DNA of 64,000 nt from Bacteroidales bacterium (GCA_003249955.1 QKHS01000085.1:1212-65211), one strand, 5' to 3'; counted from the first letter of the stretch, positions 1-10,537 are shown. Translations and numbers: made by a program. The notes: generated by a model not told the origin, from the letters alone.

Positions 1-1774
1 CATGACCATAAATTTCCTGAAGTATATGTGCGTATTTTTTATAAATAACATTACGCCTTAGTTTGAGAGTTGGCGAGAGTTCTCCTGTAGGCTGTGACCA
101 TTCTTCGCAAACAAGGCGGAATCTTTTAATCTTTTCGTGATCGCCAAGAGTTGCATTCACAATATCAATTTCTTTTTGTACTTTCTTTATTATTTCAGGG
201 GTTTTTATAAGCTCAGTGTTGTCACGATAATGAATTTTATGTTTTGATGCAAAGAAATGTAAATGGTTAAAATTCGGAGAAATAAGAGCACTTACAAATT
301 TTTCATTTTCACCCACTATCATTAGCTGTTCTATAGTGCTTGAAGATTTAAATTTGTTTTCGATTACCTGTGGGGCAATATACTTTCCGCTTGAAGTTTT
401 AAAAATTTCTTTTTTGCGGTCTGTTATTTTAAGGTATTTTCCGTCAATAAATTCGCCTATGTCGCCAGTGTGGAACCAGCCTTCGTCATCAATTATGTTA
501 GCTGTAGATTCCGGATCTTTATAATATCCGAGCATAATGTTGGGGCCTTTTGCAAGGATTTCTCCGTCTTCGGCCAGCTTTATCTGAACTCCTTCGAGAA
601 CAGGACCTACTGTCCCTAGCCGAGCTTCGTTCCAGTTTGGCCAGTTTACTGCCAGAACAGGGGAGGTTTCACTTAACCCGTATCCTTCACAGATTCTTAT
701 TCCGGCAGCAGTATATAGTCTGGTGAGCCTTACCTGCAGTGAGGCTCCGCCGGAAACAACAGTAACTATGTTGCCGCCAAAAGCTTCCTGCCATTTTTTA
801 AATACAAGTTTTCGTGCAATCTTAAGCCTTATGTTGTAATATGCAGAATTTTTCCCGGCATCGTCATATTTTGTTCCAAGTCTTACAGCCCAGAAAAAAA
901 TCCAGCGTTTTATACCTTTAAGGTCTTTTCCTATTGAAATTATCCTGTCATAAAACTTCTCGAGCACTCTTGGTACTGAATTAAACAAATGAGGCTTAAT
1001 GTCTTTTAAGTCGTTTGCAATTGTTCCCAGACTTTCAGCATAATAAATGGAAACCCCTTTCATCTGGAAAGAATAGTTAAGCATTCTTTCATAAATATGG
1101 CAAAGCGGAAGGAAACTAAGAGCTTTTTGTCCGAAATTTATCGGGACAATCGGTTTTACGGCAGCTGCGTTACTAAGAATATTTTTATGAGAAATCATTA
1201 CCCCTTTAGGATTTCCGGTGGTTCCTGATGTATAAATCAAGGTATGAAGATCGTTTTCGTCAACCGATTTTTTTATTTCTTCAAGTTTTGCCTGAAGTTC
1301 TTCTTCTTTTTCCTGTGCTTCCTGAATAAGGCTTACCCAGTTCTCGATACCTTCAATATGATGGAAAGTAAAAACTTTTTCTATTTCAGGAATTTTGTCA
1401 GCAACCGGTTTCAGTTTTTTGTACATTCCTGCATCCGAAACAATAATTATTCTGGCTTCGCAGTGTCTTAGTATGTATTCCATTTCTTCTGATCCAAGGG
1501 TGGTATAAACAGGAACATGAACAAGACCTGCAAGTGAAATTCCCATGTCGGCGATATTCCAGTGAGGAAGACTCTGAGACATTGTAACAATTTTTTCACC
1601 TTTTTTAAAACCTTTATTTATAAGGCCGCATGCAAATAAATGTGAATATTTGTAATAATCGGTGGCGGAGAAATTAACCCACGATCCTTTGTCTTTGTAC
1701 GAAAAAGCATCTTTAAGGTCTGCATAATCAGTTTTATATAATTCTAAAATGTCGAAGACACGTTTGATTTCCAT
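1..1774 (-). CDS. long-chain acyl-CoA synthetase (AMP-forming); the last few C-terminal codons run off the window start
   Basis: Absent from the ORF track because its stop lies left of position 1. Reverse translation from the ATG at 1774-1772 gives MEIKRVFDILELYK... AMP-binding signature LIYTSGTTGNPKG is encoded at about 1201-1240. The frame is still open at position 2 and ends ...PTLKLRRNVIYKKYAHILQEIYGH, typical of FadD-like C-termini. Confidence 0.85.
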   Translation of the reverse strand, partial: MEIKRVFDILELYKTDYADLKDAFSYKDKGSWVNFSATDYYKYSHLFACGLINKGFKKGEKIVTMSQSLPHWNIADMGISLAGLVHVPVYTTLGSEEMEYILRHCEARIIIVSDAGMYKKLKPVADKIPEIEKVFTFHHIEGIENWVSLIQEAQEKEEELQAKLEEIKKSVDENDLHTLIYTSGTTGNPKGVMISHKNILSNAAAVKPIVPINFGQKALSFLPLCHIYERMLNYSFQMKGVSIYYAESLGTIANDLKDIKPHLFNSVPRVLEKFYDRIISIGKDLKGIKRWIFFWAVRLGTKYDDAGKNSAYYNIRLKIARKLVFKKWQEAFGGNIVTVVSGGASLQVRLTRLYTAAGIRICEGYGLSETSPVLAVNWPNWNEARLGTVGPVLEGVQIKLAEDGEILAKGPNIMLGYYKDPESTANIIDDEGWFHTGDIGEFIDGKYLKITDRKKEIFKTSSGKYIAPQVIENKFKSSSTIEQLMIVGENEKFVSALISPNFNHLHFFASKHKIHYRDNTELIKTPEIIKKVQKEIDIVNATLGDHEKIKRFRLVCEEWSQPTGELSPTLKLRRNVIYKKYAHILQEIYGH

Positions 1775-1803
1775 ATCTTAAAAATTTTAATTTATACTGT
1801 TGA

Positions 1804-2448
1804 CTAAGGATTCCAGTGTTTGCTGGTTTTTTGAAACGGACAGCTTCCGCATCTTTTAGGGTGCTTTATTATTGATGAAAACCAATGTCTGTAACCTGCG
1901 GTAAAAGTAAAAGTGTTTGGCTGATGTCCGTAAATTGCAGATATGGTTATATCGTTTTTATCATTTATGAATAAGGCATATTCCAGTTCTGCCATAATGC
2001 CTAACTTGTATTCCCAGTCTCCGTTTGCAGACCAGGAATTATCTGTTTCATACAGCGGAATTGTTGCCCATGAATCTCTGCCGTAAAGATTTCCTCCTAC
2101 GCCCACACTTAACGAGTTTCTCCAGATTTGGACAATTCTTTGCTTTACCCCGAGGTGAAGGAAAAAACCCGGTTTTGAAGCAGCATCACTCAGAAATCCC
2201 AGCATTGCACGGGCAGAAAAAGTATCACTCCTTAAATAAGTTTCATAAACAAGAATAAAACAAGGTTCTGTTATAAAAATCCCGTTTGCGTCAATACGGT
2301 TTTCAAATAAAAGCGAGTTCTTTTCATTAAAAGGGTGAATACCCAAAGGGGCAAACTTAAACTGAATAGTTGACTGCGCATTTGCAGTTAATGAGAATGC
2401 CCAGATTACAAGAATGCTTATAAATATTTTAATGCCAGTTTCTTTCAT
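1804..2448 (-). CDS. hypothetical secreted or outer-membrane protein
   Basis: 214-aa ORF with an N-terminal signal peptide (IFISILVIWAFSLTANAQ). Alternating aromatic/polar composition suggests a beta-barrel. No family recognised. Confidence 0.5.
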   Translation of the reverse strand: MKETGIKIFISILVIWAFSLTANAQSTIQFKFAPLGIHPFNEKNSLLFENRIDANGIFITEPCFILVYETYLRSDTFSARAMLGFLSDAASKPGFFLHLGVKQRIVQIWRNSLSVGVGGNLYGRDSWATIPLYETDNSWSANGDWEYKLGIMAELEYALFINDKNDITISAIYGHQPNTFTFTAGYRHWFSSIIKHPKRCGSCPFQKTSKHWNP

Positions 2449-2695
2449 AATATTGTCAGGGTAATAAGATACCTTATATTATTAACCCGTGTAACTGTAA
2501 TTTTATTTCAAAAATATACATTATTTGTCTCGCTGATACCTCAATTTGATGATTTTTATCAATATTTTTTTGTGAAAATAAAAACAGAGAAGGCTAAATG
2601 CTTGTTTTTCAGTTTGTTATAAAATTAAGGTTTTTAAAAATTTGTTGATAATTATCGTAATGATTATTTGTTACACAAAATAATAAAACCTGTGA

Positions 2696-3337
2696 TTATT
2701 CTCTCTTTGTATCAGTTGAGTCAATTATTCTTTTAATATCTTCCTGCGTCATGTAATATTTCTTTTTTTTCTTAAGGTATTTTTCGCTGACATAAGGTGA
2801 ATTATAAATAAAATCAGTGAAGCACAAAACTTCATACCCCATGTTATTTACAATTGTAAGCGAGTCTGTCATCCATTCCGTTTTTCGTCTGTACTTTTTA
2901 CACCAGGTATATTTAATTCCCATTCCGGCAACCTGAAGTATATTCCTTGATTTATAATCAATTACATGCATTATTTCATGTCCGGTTAGTCCTGTTTTTG
3001 CACTGTCGGGAATAGTGCCGAAGTTTAAATCAGGGTTGGAGCAACTGTCTCTTACACTTATAATATAAATTCTTTTTTTCGGTTTTTTCAGAATTGTCCT
3101 TAGCAGAGGCTGAGCTTGTCCCATACTTTTTATTTTATGTTTTCTGAAAATGATAAATGTTGAGTCGGCACTTTCAATATTGCTTATTGCCTTGTATGCG
3201 CAGTTTTTTTCTTTTTCGGACCATGCCTGCTTTCCTGTAAAGACATGGTATTCTCCCACCGGAATTTCATAGCTTATGCAAGACAGAAAAAGTAATGAAA
3301 CTGCAGTTAATAATATGTCTCTTTTTAAGTGCTTCAT
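2696..3337 (-). CDS. hypothetical lipoprotein with a HExxH zinc-metallopeptidase motif
   Basis: 213-aa ORF. Signal peptide with lipobox (LLFLSC). HEIMH motif within GLTGHEIMHVIDY. Confidence 0.5.
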   Translation of the reverse strand: MKHLKRDILLTAVSLLFLSCISYEIPVGEYHVFTGKQAWSEKEKNCAYKAISNIESADSTFIIFRKHKIKSMGQAQPLLRTILKKPKKRIYIISVRDSCSNPDLNFGTIPDSAKTGLTGHEIMHVIDYKSRNILQVAGMGIKYTWCKKYRRKTEWMTDSLTIVNNMGYEVLCFTDFIYNSPYVSEKYLKKKKKYYMTQEDIKRIIDSTDTKRE

Positions 3338-3423
3338 TTTTATGCAAGTTAGTAAAATTTCACAGCAAACTTAATCAGGATAAACGAAGTAAAAACGAAT
3401 TTTAAATTCAGAATACGAAAAAA

Positions 3424-5343
3424 CTATTTCTTTTTCCCGGCTTTTTTATTTCTGGCTTGTTTTGTTGCACTTGTTTTCGGGAACTTTGTGGTGTTTTGCT
3501 TGTGATTTGCAGTTACTGATTTTCCCAAAAGTTTTTCTGCCAGATCTTTTCTGCCTGCCTTATTAAGTGACATAAGCAGGTCTTTTTTTACTTCCGGTTT
3601 GTACCAGAAAAAATATTTAAGTTGTTTTTCTCTGTCTTTTTGGTCTTTGGCCACAAAAAGTTTTTCGCCTGTATATGGATTTATTTCTGTATAAAACATT
3701 ACTGTTGCCAGGGTCATAGGAGTAGGGGTAAAGGCCTGAACCTGTTCAAGTTTAAATCCCATATCTTTTGTGTCAATTGCCAGTTCTGCCATTTCCATTT
3801 CGGTGCAACCCGGATGTCCTGATATAAAATAAGGGATTAATTGCTGATTAAGACCGAATTTTGTATTAACCTTATCGAACAGGACTTTAAGTTCCCGGAA
3901 TCCGTTAAAACTTGTCTTTCGCATCAGTGACAAAACTTTGGGAGAGGAGTGTTCCGGAGCAACTTTCAGCCTTCCTGATACAAATTTAGAAATCAATAAT
4001 TCCAGATATTCTCTGTTTTGTTTATTCACTGACGGGTTTTTTGTGTCGTGTAAAGCAATGTCGTATCTTACCCCGCTTCCGATGCTTATTTTTTTAATTC
4101 CCTCAACTTTCAGCGATTTTTTGTAAAGTTCGCCAAGTGCTGCATGTGAGGTGTTGAGATTGCTGCAAACTTTAGGGAAAATGCACGATGGCTTTTTACA
4201 TTTTTCACAAACAGACAAATCAAAACCATGCATTTTATACATATTTGCTGACGGCCCGCCGATGTCAGAAATATGACCTCTGAAATCAGGCATTTTTGCA
4301 ACTTTGTTCAGTTCTTTAAGAACAGATTCTTCGGAACGGCTACTGATATGCTTACCCTGATGTGCCGAAATTGTACAAAAACTGCATCCTCCGAAACATC
4401 CGCGGTGTATATTGACAGAATGCTTAATCATATCATAAGCCGGAATAGGTTCTTTGCCGGAATATCTGGGATGAGGAAGACGTGAAAACGGTAAATCGTA
4501 AATTTCGTCAATTTCTTTTTCACTCAAAACAGGCAAGGCCGGGTTAACAATCAGTCTTTTTGTTTGCAAATCCTGAATAATCCGTCTGTTGGAATTGCAA
4601 TTTGACTCCTGCTCAACTTTGACAAAATTCTTTGCATATTTAAGTTTGTCCGACTGTAACTCCTTGTACGAAAATAATTTTATGTCTGTTTCTTTTCTGT
4701 CCTTGAAGTCGCTGAGATAAGCAATCTGTTTAATGTTGTAACAATTATAAATTTGTCCCGATTCATTAAGCTTGCCGGCTATTTGCAGAATTGATTTTTC
4801 GGACATTCCATAAGTAAGCAGATCTGCTTTGGATGATTCCAGAACCGAAGTTAAAAGTTTATTCTGCCAGAAATCGTAGTGTACAAACCGGCGCATAGAT
4901 GCTTCAATCCCGCCTATTACCACGGGAATTTCAGGGTATAAATTTTTAAGAATATTTGAATAGACAATTGTTGCATAATCGGGACGCTGTCCGGTTTTTC
5001 CTCCGGGAGTGTAAGCGTCTTCAGAACGGAGCCTTTTAGCTGCCGTATAATGGTTGAGCATAGAATCCATATTTCCTGCCGAAACTCCGAAAAATAAACG
5101 TGGTTTGCCTAGCTTTTTGAAATCACGTAAATCATCACGCCAGTTTGGCTGAGGTAAAACTGCCACACGGTAGCCGGCTTTTTCGAGTACACGGGCAATA
5201 ACTGCTGTGCCGAATGAAGGATGATCTACATATGCATCTCCGCTGATGAGAATAACATCAACATAATCCCAGCCAAGAGTTTGTATTTCTTTGGCAGATG
5301 TGGGAAAACTTTTAAGGCTGTCAGGTACTTTGGTTTTTACCAC
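3424..5343 (-). CDS. ygiQ: YgiQ family radical SAM protein (UPF0313)
   Basis: 639 aa. N-terminal GDAYVDHPSFG block and radical-SAM cysteine cluster CFGGCSFCTISAHQG. Lys-rich C-terminal tail. GTG start. The start overlaps the upstream stop by 7 nt. Confidence 0.9.
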   Translation of the reverse strand: MVKTKVPDSLKSFPTSAKEIQTLGWDYVDVILISGDAYVDHPSFGTAVIARVLEKAGYRVAVLPQPNWRDDLRDFKKLGKPRLFFGVSAGNMDSMLNHYTAAKRLRSEDAYTPGGKTGQRPDYATIVYSNILKNLYPEIPVVIGGIEASMRRFVHYDFWQNKLLTSVLESSKADLLTYGMSEKSILQIAGKLNESGQIYNCYNIKQIAYLSDFKDRKETDIKLFSYKELQSDKLKYAKNFVKVEQESNCNSNRRIIQDLQTKRLIVNPALPVLSEKEIDEIYDLPFSRLPHPRYSGKEPIPAYDMIKHSVNIHRGCFGGCSFCTISAHQGKHISSRSEESVLKELNKVAKMPDFRGHISDIGGPSANMYKMHGFDLSVCEKCKKPSCIFPKVCSNLNTSHAALGELYKKSLKVEGIKKISIGSGVRYDIALHDTKNPSVNKQNREYLELLISKFVSGRLKVAPEHSSPKVLSLMRKTSFNGFRELKVLFDKVNTKFGLNQQLIPYFISGHPGCTEMEMAELAIDTKDMGFKLEQVQAFTPTPMTLATVMFYTEINPYTGEKLFVAKDQKDREKQLKYFFWYKPEVKKDLLMSLNKAGRKDLAEKLLGKSVTANHKQNTTKFPKTSATKQARNKKAGKKK

Positions 5344-5984
5344 GACGGGAAAGGTTCGGAAAACAATGAATTACTCAATGGCCTTATTGCAGGATTATCA
5401 TAGAACCCGTTTACAGGATTATGAAACATCGGATTTTCGGGAGAATAATTTCTGACAGAAAAATCGGCACTTATGCAAAAATTATCTTTTATTTTATAAT
5501 CAACACCCACTGAACTGTATGATAATCTGCTTCCGGCATTAAACGAAGAAACGTCAAATACTCCTGCTGCTCTTACGCGTAGATTATTTGTTACCATGTA
5601 TTCTCCTTTGGCAAACATATAGTAATTTACCATTTTGTTGTTTGTGAGATTATTATTGCTTTCCTGCCATTGCATGAAAGTTGGGACAGAACTGTAAGTC
5701 ATCATTGTCCCGGCAGATAATGTAAATTTTTTACTTACTTTATATCCGACTTCAGGAGCCATATAGCTTGAAAACATGCCGTTGCCGTAAAGACTTGAGT
5801 ACATTGTTCCTGTATTAAGTTTTACCTGAAGCCTGTTTTCTTTTTTTAACGGAGATTTATCGTAAACAGTTTTGGTACTGTCAGAATTAAGAAATTCTTC
5901 GTCACCAAAATATCTTGTCTCCTGCTGTGCATAAACCAAAGCATTAAGGGAAACAAAAACCAATATTAAAACCTTTTTAATCAT
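5337..5984 (-). CDS. hypothetical outer-membrane beta-barrel-like protein
   Basis: Track ORF 5337-6056 trimmed to the internal ATG at 5984, where a clean signal peptide begins (MIKKVLILVFVSLNALVYAQQ). Aromatic-rich alternating sequence. Confidence 0.55.
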   Translation of the reverse strand: MIKKVLILVFVSLNALVYAQQETRYFGDEEFLNSDSTKTVYDKSPLKKENRLQVKLNTGTMYSSLYGNGMFSSYMAPEVGYKVSKKFTLSAGTMMTYSSVPTFMQWQESNNNLTNNKMVNYYMFAKGEYMVTNNLRVRAAGVFDVSSFNAGSRLSYSSVGVDYKIKDNFCISADFSVRNYSPENPMFHNPVNGFYDNPAIRPLSNSLFSEPFPSW

Positions 5985-6243
5985 TGTTTTAATTTTTTGT
6001 AAAGATACAAATTTTTGAGATATAATTTTATGAACAGATGTTTTTATTCCTGGCAAAGATTCAACTATAAAATCATGGTTTTGTTAGGAATGTAATTAAA
6101 AGGACTCTTCCTTAATAGTATATTTAATTGCTTATTAATCAGGTGTTTATAATTGTAAAATTGTTTAAATTTTTATCTTTTCTGGCATACTTATTGTTAA
6201 GAGGCATTGTTATTTTTTTCACTAATTTAAATAAATTAACTGT

Positions 6244-7491
6244 ATGAAATCAATTTTACCTGTAGCAGTACTGATTTTTATTACCTCGCTTTGTAATGCG
6301 CAAATCAAAACAGGACTGAAAGACTTAAAAGAAAAAGCATCTGATAAAACCGGTATTGTGTCCGGTAAGTCAGATAAAACAGAAAAAGTTAAAGAAAATG
6401 CAAGTGGTGTTCCGGAATATGATCCCGAAGATCCTGTTTATCGTGCTTACAGCATTGTAAGAGATGAACTGAGTTCTACCCGCAATATAATGAAACCACT
6501 GGAGTGGGATAAAAATATTGAGGGCAGAAATGATGATGCCACAAGATATCTTGCAAAAGCAAAAGAAAATCTGGTTAAACTGCAAAGTGATCCGATAGAA
6601 TCTAAAAAGCCTTATGTTAAAGATCTTGAACAACAGTATAATGAAGTTGAAGCAGAAAGGAAAGCTAAATATGACAGTTATACTGCCGATCAGGAATGGG
6701 AACAGAAAATAGAATCTTATTACAAATTTGCCATCATGGGATGGGAAATGCAGGACAAAACCCTTGAGCCTTCATATACCGGATATTATAACATGAAGAA
6801 GGAATTTGAAGCTACCAGACCGGAAAAATATAACAGCTCATATGTTCAGAAGAGAATTGCAGATGTGGATAATTTCTTTCAGGTTGAGGTATATAAAATT
6901 GTTCCCGAACTTGATAAAGACGTTGACAAAGTTATTTCGGAGATACATGCTAAAAACGTTGATGGTGATGAGGATTATCTTTTGAATGCGAAAGGTTACG
7001 TAAAAGATTTTGAAGAAATAATCCCGATAATTACTTATAACAGAAAATATTTGCTTGAAAATAAAGCAGATATTGATGCTGTTCAGGCTAAACTTGACAA
7101 AGAAAAAGCAATATTGGATGAATATATAAGCAGTGGTAAATATGACGCACATGTAGCCCAATTCGAACAGGCTTTAATTGATGCTGTGAGACTTGCACCT
7201 AAAAAAATGTCTAATGCCGGTTACGAATCTATGGCCAGAGCCGGGGTTGATGAAGGAGAAGTTCTTCGGGTGGTAATAACTTCAGACGTGTGGAGTGTTA
7301 AAAAAACAGATTGGGGATTTCCGGAATATAAATATTTGCCTGTTGATATTGCTGTTAGTTATAAAGGGAAATGCTGGCTGGCATATGGACAGATAAGGAA
7401 AACTTACGAAGGCGGCGGAGTATATGGCGGCGAATTCTTTAGTTATTGGGGTCTTCAGGATGAAATGAATTGCAATAATGTAAATAAGTAA
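6244..7491 (+). CDS. hypothetical secreted protein
   Basis: 415 aa with signal peptide (AVLIFITSLCNAQ). Charged, helix-rich N-terminal half. No family recognised. Confidence 0.6.
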   Translation: MKSILPVAVLIFITSLCNAQIKTGLKDLKEKASDKTGIVSGKSDKTEKVKENASGVPEYDPEDPVYRAYSIVRDELSSTRNIMKPLEWDKNIEGRNDDATRYLAKAKENLVKLQSDPIESKKPYVKDLEQQYNEVEAERKAKYDSYTADQEWEQKIESYYKFAIMGWEMQDKTLEPSYTGYYNMKKEFEATRPEKYNSSYVQKRIADVDNFFQVEVYKIVPELDKDVDKVISEIHAKNVDGDEDYLLNAKGYVKDFEEIIPIITYNRKYLLENKADIDAVQAKLDKEKAILDEYISSGKYDAHVAQFEQALIDAVRLAPKKMSNAGYESMARAGVDEGEVLRVVITSDVWSVKKTDWGFPEYKYLPVDIAVSYKGKCWLAYGQIRKTYEGGGVYGGEFFSYWGLQDEMNCNNVNK

Positions 7492-7552
7492 TTATGAAAA
7501 ATATAAGCTATTCCGAAAATTTAAAAAGGGGTAACTTTACAAAATAAGCTGA

Positions 7553-7589
7553 AAAATCAGCAGATCATAACATATGATTTGCTGATTTT
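7553..7589 (+). terminator. long hairpin downstream of 6244-7491
   Basis: AAAATCAGCAGATCATA / ACA loop / TATGATTTGCTGATTTT. 17-bp stem with one G-T pair, ending in a T run, 62 nt after the stop codon. Confidence 0.5.
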
Positions 7590-7715
7590 ACTTTATTTAT
7601 GAACATTCAATATTGATGTAAAGAAGTCTCTTATTTGCCGGGAATTCTTTTTTGAGGGATGTTTGTTGTTGCTTTTCGCCGGCAAATAATTTTAAAAATA
7701 TTTTACTAAAAGTAA

Positions 7716-7723
7716 TATTTTTG
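7716..7723 (+). promoter_or_regulatory. Bacteroidota-type -7 box (TAnnTTTG)
   Basis: TATTTTTG. It lies 112 nt upstream of the ATG at 7835, which would give an unusually long leader. Confidence 0.35.
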
Positions 7724-7834
7724 TAAAAATCATACTAATGAAAAATATTCCGAATGGTTTTTCATTTGCCGGCATTATTTGTTTTTAGTAAAGGAGGAGA
7801 ATAAATTTATTGTTAAATTAAATTATTTAAAGTC

Positions 7835-8803
7835 ATGATATTTATTTGGAGAGGAATAGGTTTTTTAGTTCCGGTTGTTTTCTTATTGGTTGGTTGGATT
7901 GTTTCTTTCTGGTTTGACGGGTCATCTACAAAAATTCTGAATGCAGATTATCTGGGATGGACTTCATTGTTTACGGCTGTTTTGTTATTATTGCTTGGGC
8001 TGATGACTCATAACAAACATAAAGAAACGGGTGATTCTCAGGTAAAACACAAAAGAGCACATTTTTTCTATATACCTATATTATATTGGGGAGTAATTTT
8101 TGGGGTGTTAAGTATTTATTGTCTTGCTTTTGCAGGTAAAGAAAGCAGTCCGGAAGCAGTGGAAACAATAATTGAAGAACCTGTAACAAGGATAGTGAAT
8201 TTTTATAACCCGGGAGATGATACTCTTACTTATATTGTTGCAGACGAGACAGGCGAAGGTCTTGTAAGCAGAGAAAAAGTTTATCCGGGTCAATATCTGA
8301 GTCTTGAACTTGATATGAAGTCGTATTTGTTTTCAGCATATAATCAGAATCGGGAAACTACACTTTTGCTTCCGGACAAAGAATATGCAAATGACACTTC
8401 AAAATATTTACTTCTTGAAGATGATAAAGGACAGTTTTATCAAAGAATTTTATATCCTGCTACTGCTGCAGAAGATGATTATGATGAGGCTTGGCTTGTT
8501 CTGGACGGAAAGCACAATCTGATTCTTGTTGATGTTACGGAATGGTGTTCAGGCAAAATTAAAACAGAGGATATTGACAGCCATGAGTGGACAGAAGATA
8601 TTTACGATATTTATGATGCAAGAGATCTTATTGAACCGTTAAATAAAAAAGTGTTTAAAGGAAAGACTATCAGAGTTCTTGCCCCGGGAGAATACTTAAC
8701 AGAGAAATTAGACGAAAATGAACAGGTTTACATGTTGATTCCTTTTGAAGGAGAATACCCTGATAATTCTTTTATATCCGGATGGATCAACAGTCTGAAC
8801 TAA
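7835..8803 (+). CDS. hypothetical membrane protein
   Basis: 322 aa. About 3-4 N-terminal hydrophobic helices followed by an acidic soluble domain. No family recognised. Confidence 0.6.
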   Translation: MIFIWRGIGFLVPVVFLLVGWIVSFWFDGSSTKILNADYLGWTSLFTAVLLLLLGLMTHNKHKETGDSQVKHKRAHFFYIPILYWGVIFGVLSIYCLAFAGKESSPEAVETIIEEPVTRIVNFYNPGDDTLTYIVADETGEGLVSREKVYPGQYLSLELDMKSYLFSAYNQNRETTLLLPDKEYANDTSKYLLLEDDKGQFYQRILYPATAAEDDYDEAWLVLDGKHNLILVDVTEWCSGKIKTEDIDSHEWTEDIYDIYDARDLIEPLNKKVFKGKTIRVLAPGEYLTEKLDENEQVYMLIPFEGEYPDNSFISGWINSLN

Positions 8804-8815
8804 ATAATAATTCAC

Positions 8816-9397
8816 TTGGAGGATCTTAAAAAATTCATATCTGCTTATACCCCGGTTGATGAAGAAGACTGGGGTAAAATAGCAGCTTCGTTTGAAGAAA
8901 GAACTTTTTCAAAAGGAGAAGCTATATTGTCTGAGGGAGATATTTGTAAATACTTTTATTTTCTGCGTCAGGGAATTGTCAGATTTTTTATTGTTAATTC
9001 AGAAGGTAATGATATTACCAAGTTTTTTACAGTAGCTCCGTATTTTTTTACCTCGAAAATAAGTTTTAATAAGTGTATTCCTGCTGCTGAAAGCATTGAA
9101 GCAATAGAAAAATGCAGGGTCTTGCAGATTACTCTGGAAAATTCCAACAAGTTGATGGCAGTAAGAACCTGGAATGATTTTACAAGAAAATTATTACATG
9201 AAATACAGGATTTTACCGAAAAAGCTTTGGTCGAGGCCAGAACGGAAACCGCAGAAGAAATTTATAAAAAACTGATGTCTCAGAATCCGGGACTTTTAAA
9301 CAGAATTCCTGTAAAATATCTGGCAACATATTTAGGAATTGCTCCGCAGTCATTAAGCCGGATCAGAAGAAAAATTGCTTTAGATGCAAAAAAGTAA
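8816..9397 (+). CDS. Crp/Fnr family transcriptional regulator
   Basis: 193 aa. The cNMP-binding-like N-terminus (FSKGEAILSEGDICKYFYFLRQGIVRFF) and C-terminal HTH (YLATYLGIAPQSLSRIRRK) both match the family. TTG start; there is no in-frame ATG nearby. Confidence 0.8.
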   Translation: MEDLKKFISAYTPVDEEDWGKIAASFEERTFSKGEAILSEGDICKYFYFLRQGIVRFFIVNSEGNDITKFFTVAPYFFTSKISFNKCIPAAESIEAIEKCRVLQITLENSNKLMAVRTWNDFTRKLLHEIQDFTEKALVEARTETAEEIYKKLMSQNPGLLNRIPVKYLATYLGIAPQSLSRIRRKIALDAKK

Positions 9398-9471
9398 CAT
9401 AGGTGTTTTTTTGTTAGTTATAATAACCGGATTTTTGTCCTTTAATTTAGAATTGATTAATAAAAAACACT

Positions 9472-10398
9472 ATGTCAGGTTTTAAGAGCAAAATGTTCAA
9501 TCTTTTTGTCAGGAAGTCGCATTTGTTGCGGGGACAACTCGTTAAAGAAACATTTGATGAAAATACGTCAATAACAGCATTTAGGGAAAGGTGTGAAAGA
9601 GGAGCGGAGAGGTATGCAAAAATACCGGAGACAGTTAACATACAGTCCGAAATTATTGAAGGAATTAATTGTGAAAGGTACACTCCGCAAAAATCACCTC
9701 AGGATAAAATAATCCTTTATGTTCATGGTGGCGGATACGTTTCCGGTTCATGCAGTGATCACAGGGCTTTTGTAACCAAATTCACAGAGTTTACAGGAGT
9801 ATGTAATCTTATTTATGATTACAGGCTGGCCCCGGAGCATCCGTTTCCGGCAGCACTGGATGATTCCCTGTTAATGTACAGGTCTCTTTTGTCGGCAGGA
9901 TACAAACCCGAAAATATAGTAATTGCCGGAGAATCTGCCGGAGGCGGGTTAACTCTGGCTCTTTTGCTTGCAATAAAAAATAATAATATTCCTTATCCTG
10001 CGGCTGCAGTTGCAATTTCGCCGTGGACAGATTTAACATGCTCAGGAGAATCGTACAAAACAAAAAACAGGCTTTCCCCGGCACCTTTAAATTCATGGTT
10101 TGTATTCAGCAAGCATTATTGCGGTGAAAGCAATCCCGAAAATCCGTTGATATCTCCGCTTTTCGGAGATTTGAAAGGTTTGCCTCCGGTTTTTATAAAT
10201 TCAGCGGTTAACGACGAGTTGTACGATGACGGAGAAATGTTTTACAAAAAAGCAAAAGACGCTGGCGTGGATGTGAGTTTTCGTGCCGGTTACGGGATGA
10301 TACATTGTTACCCGTTTTTTGCACCTATGTTCAGAGAGGCAACAGATGCAATGAACGAAATCTGTGTTTTTATAAGGGAAAAACTAATGCTGGACTGA
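9472..10398 (+). CDS. alpha/beta hydrolase, hormone-sensitive-lipase-like esterase
   Basis: 308 aa. Oxyanion-hole motif HGGGY and nucleophile elbow GESAGG are both present. Confidence 0.85.
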   Translation: MSGFKSKMFNLFVRKSHLLRGQLVKETFDENTSITAFRERCERGAERYAKIPETVNIQSEIIEGINCERYTPQKSPQDKIILYVHGGGYVSGSCSDHRAFVTKFTEFTGVCNLIYDYRLAPEHPFPAALDDSLLMYRSLLSAGYKPENIVIAGESAGGGLTLALLLAIKNNNIPYPAAAVAISPWTDLTCSGESYKTKNRLSPAPLNSWFVFSKHYCGESNPENPLISPLFGDLKGLPPVFINSAVNDELYDDGEMFYKKAKDAGVDVSFRAGYGMIHCYPFFAPMFREATDAMNEICVFIREKLMLD

Positions 10399-10465
10399 TT
10401 TTTTGTCAGGAATTAAATGCCCGAAAGATAATTTTATCTGTATAGGAAAAGAACTGTGTACTGTG

Positions 10466-10537
10466 AGCGGGAAACGGGGATCGAACCCGCGACCCTCAGC
10501 TTGGGAAGCTGATGCTCTACCACTGAGCTACTCCCGC
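10466..10537 (-). tRNA. tRNA-Gly (anticodon CCC)
   Basis: Folded by hand. Acceptor stem GCGGGAG/TTCCCGC. D arm GCTC-AGTGGTA-GAGC. Anticodon stem TCAGC/GCTGA with loop TTCCCAA. T arm GCGGG-TTCGATC-CCCGT. Discriminator T. 72 nt, no encoded CCA. Confidence 0.95.

Noticed and set aside
7791-7797. A perfect Shine-Dalgarno-like AAGGAGG.
   Set aside because: No start codon with an open frame lies 5-10 nt downstream, and the real ATG is 38 nt away. Bacteroidota generally do not rely on SD pairing.
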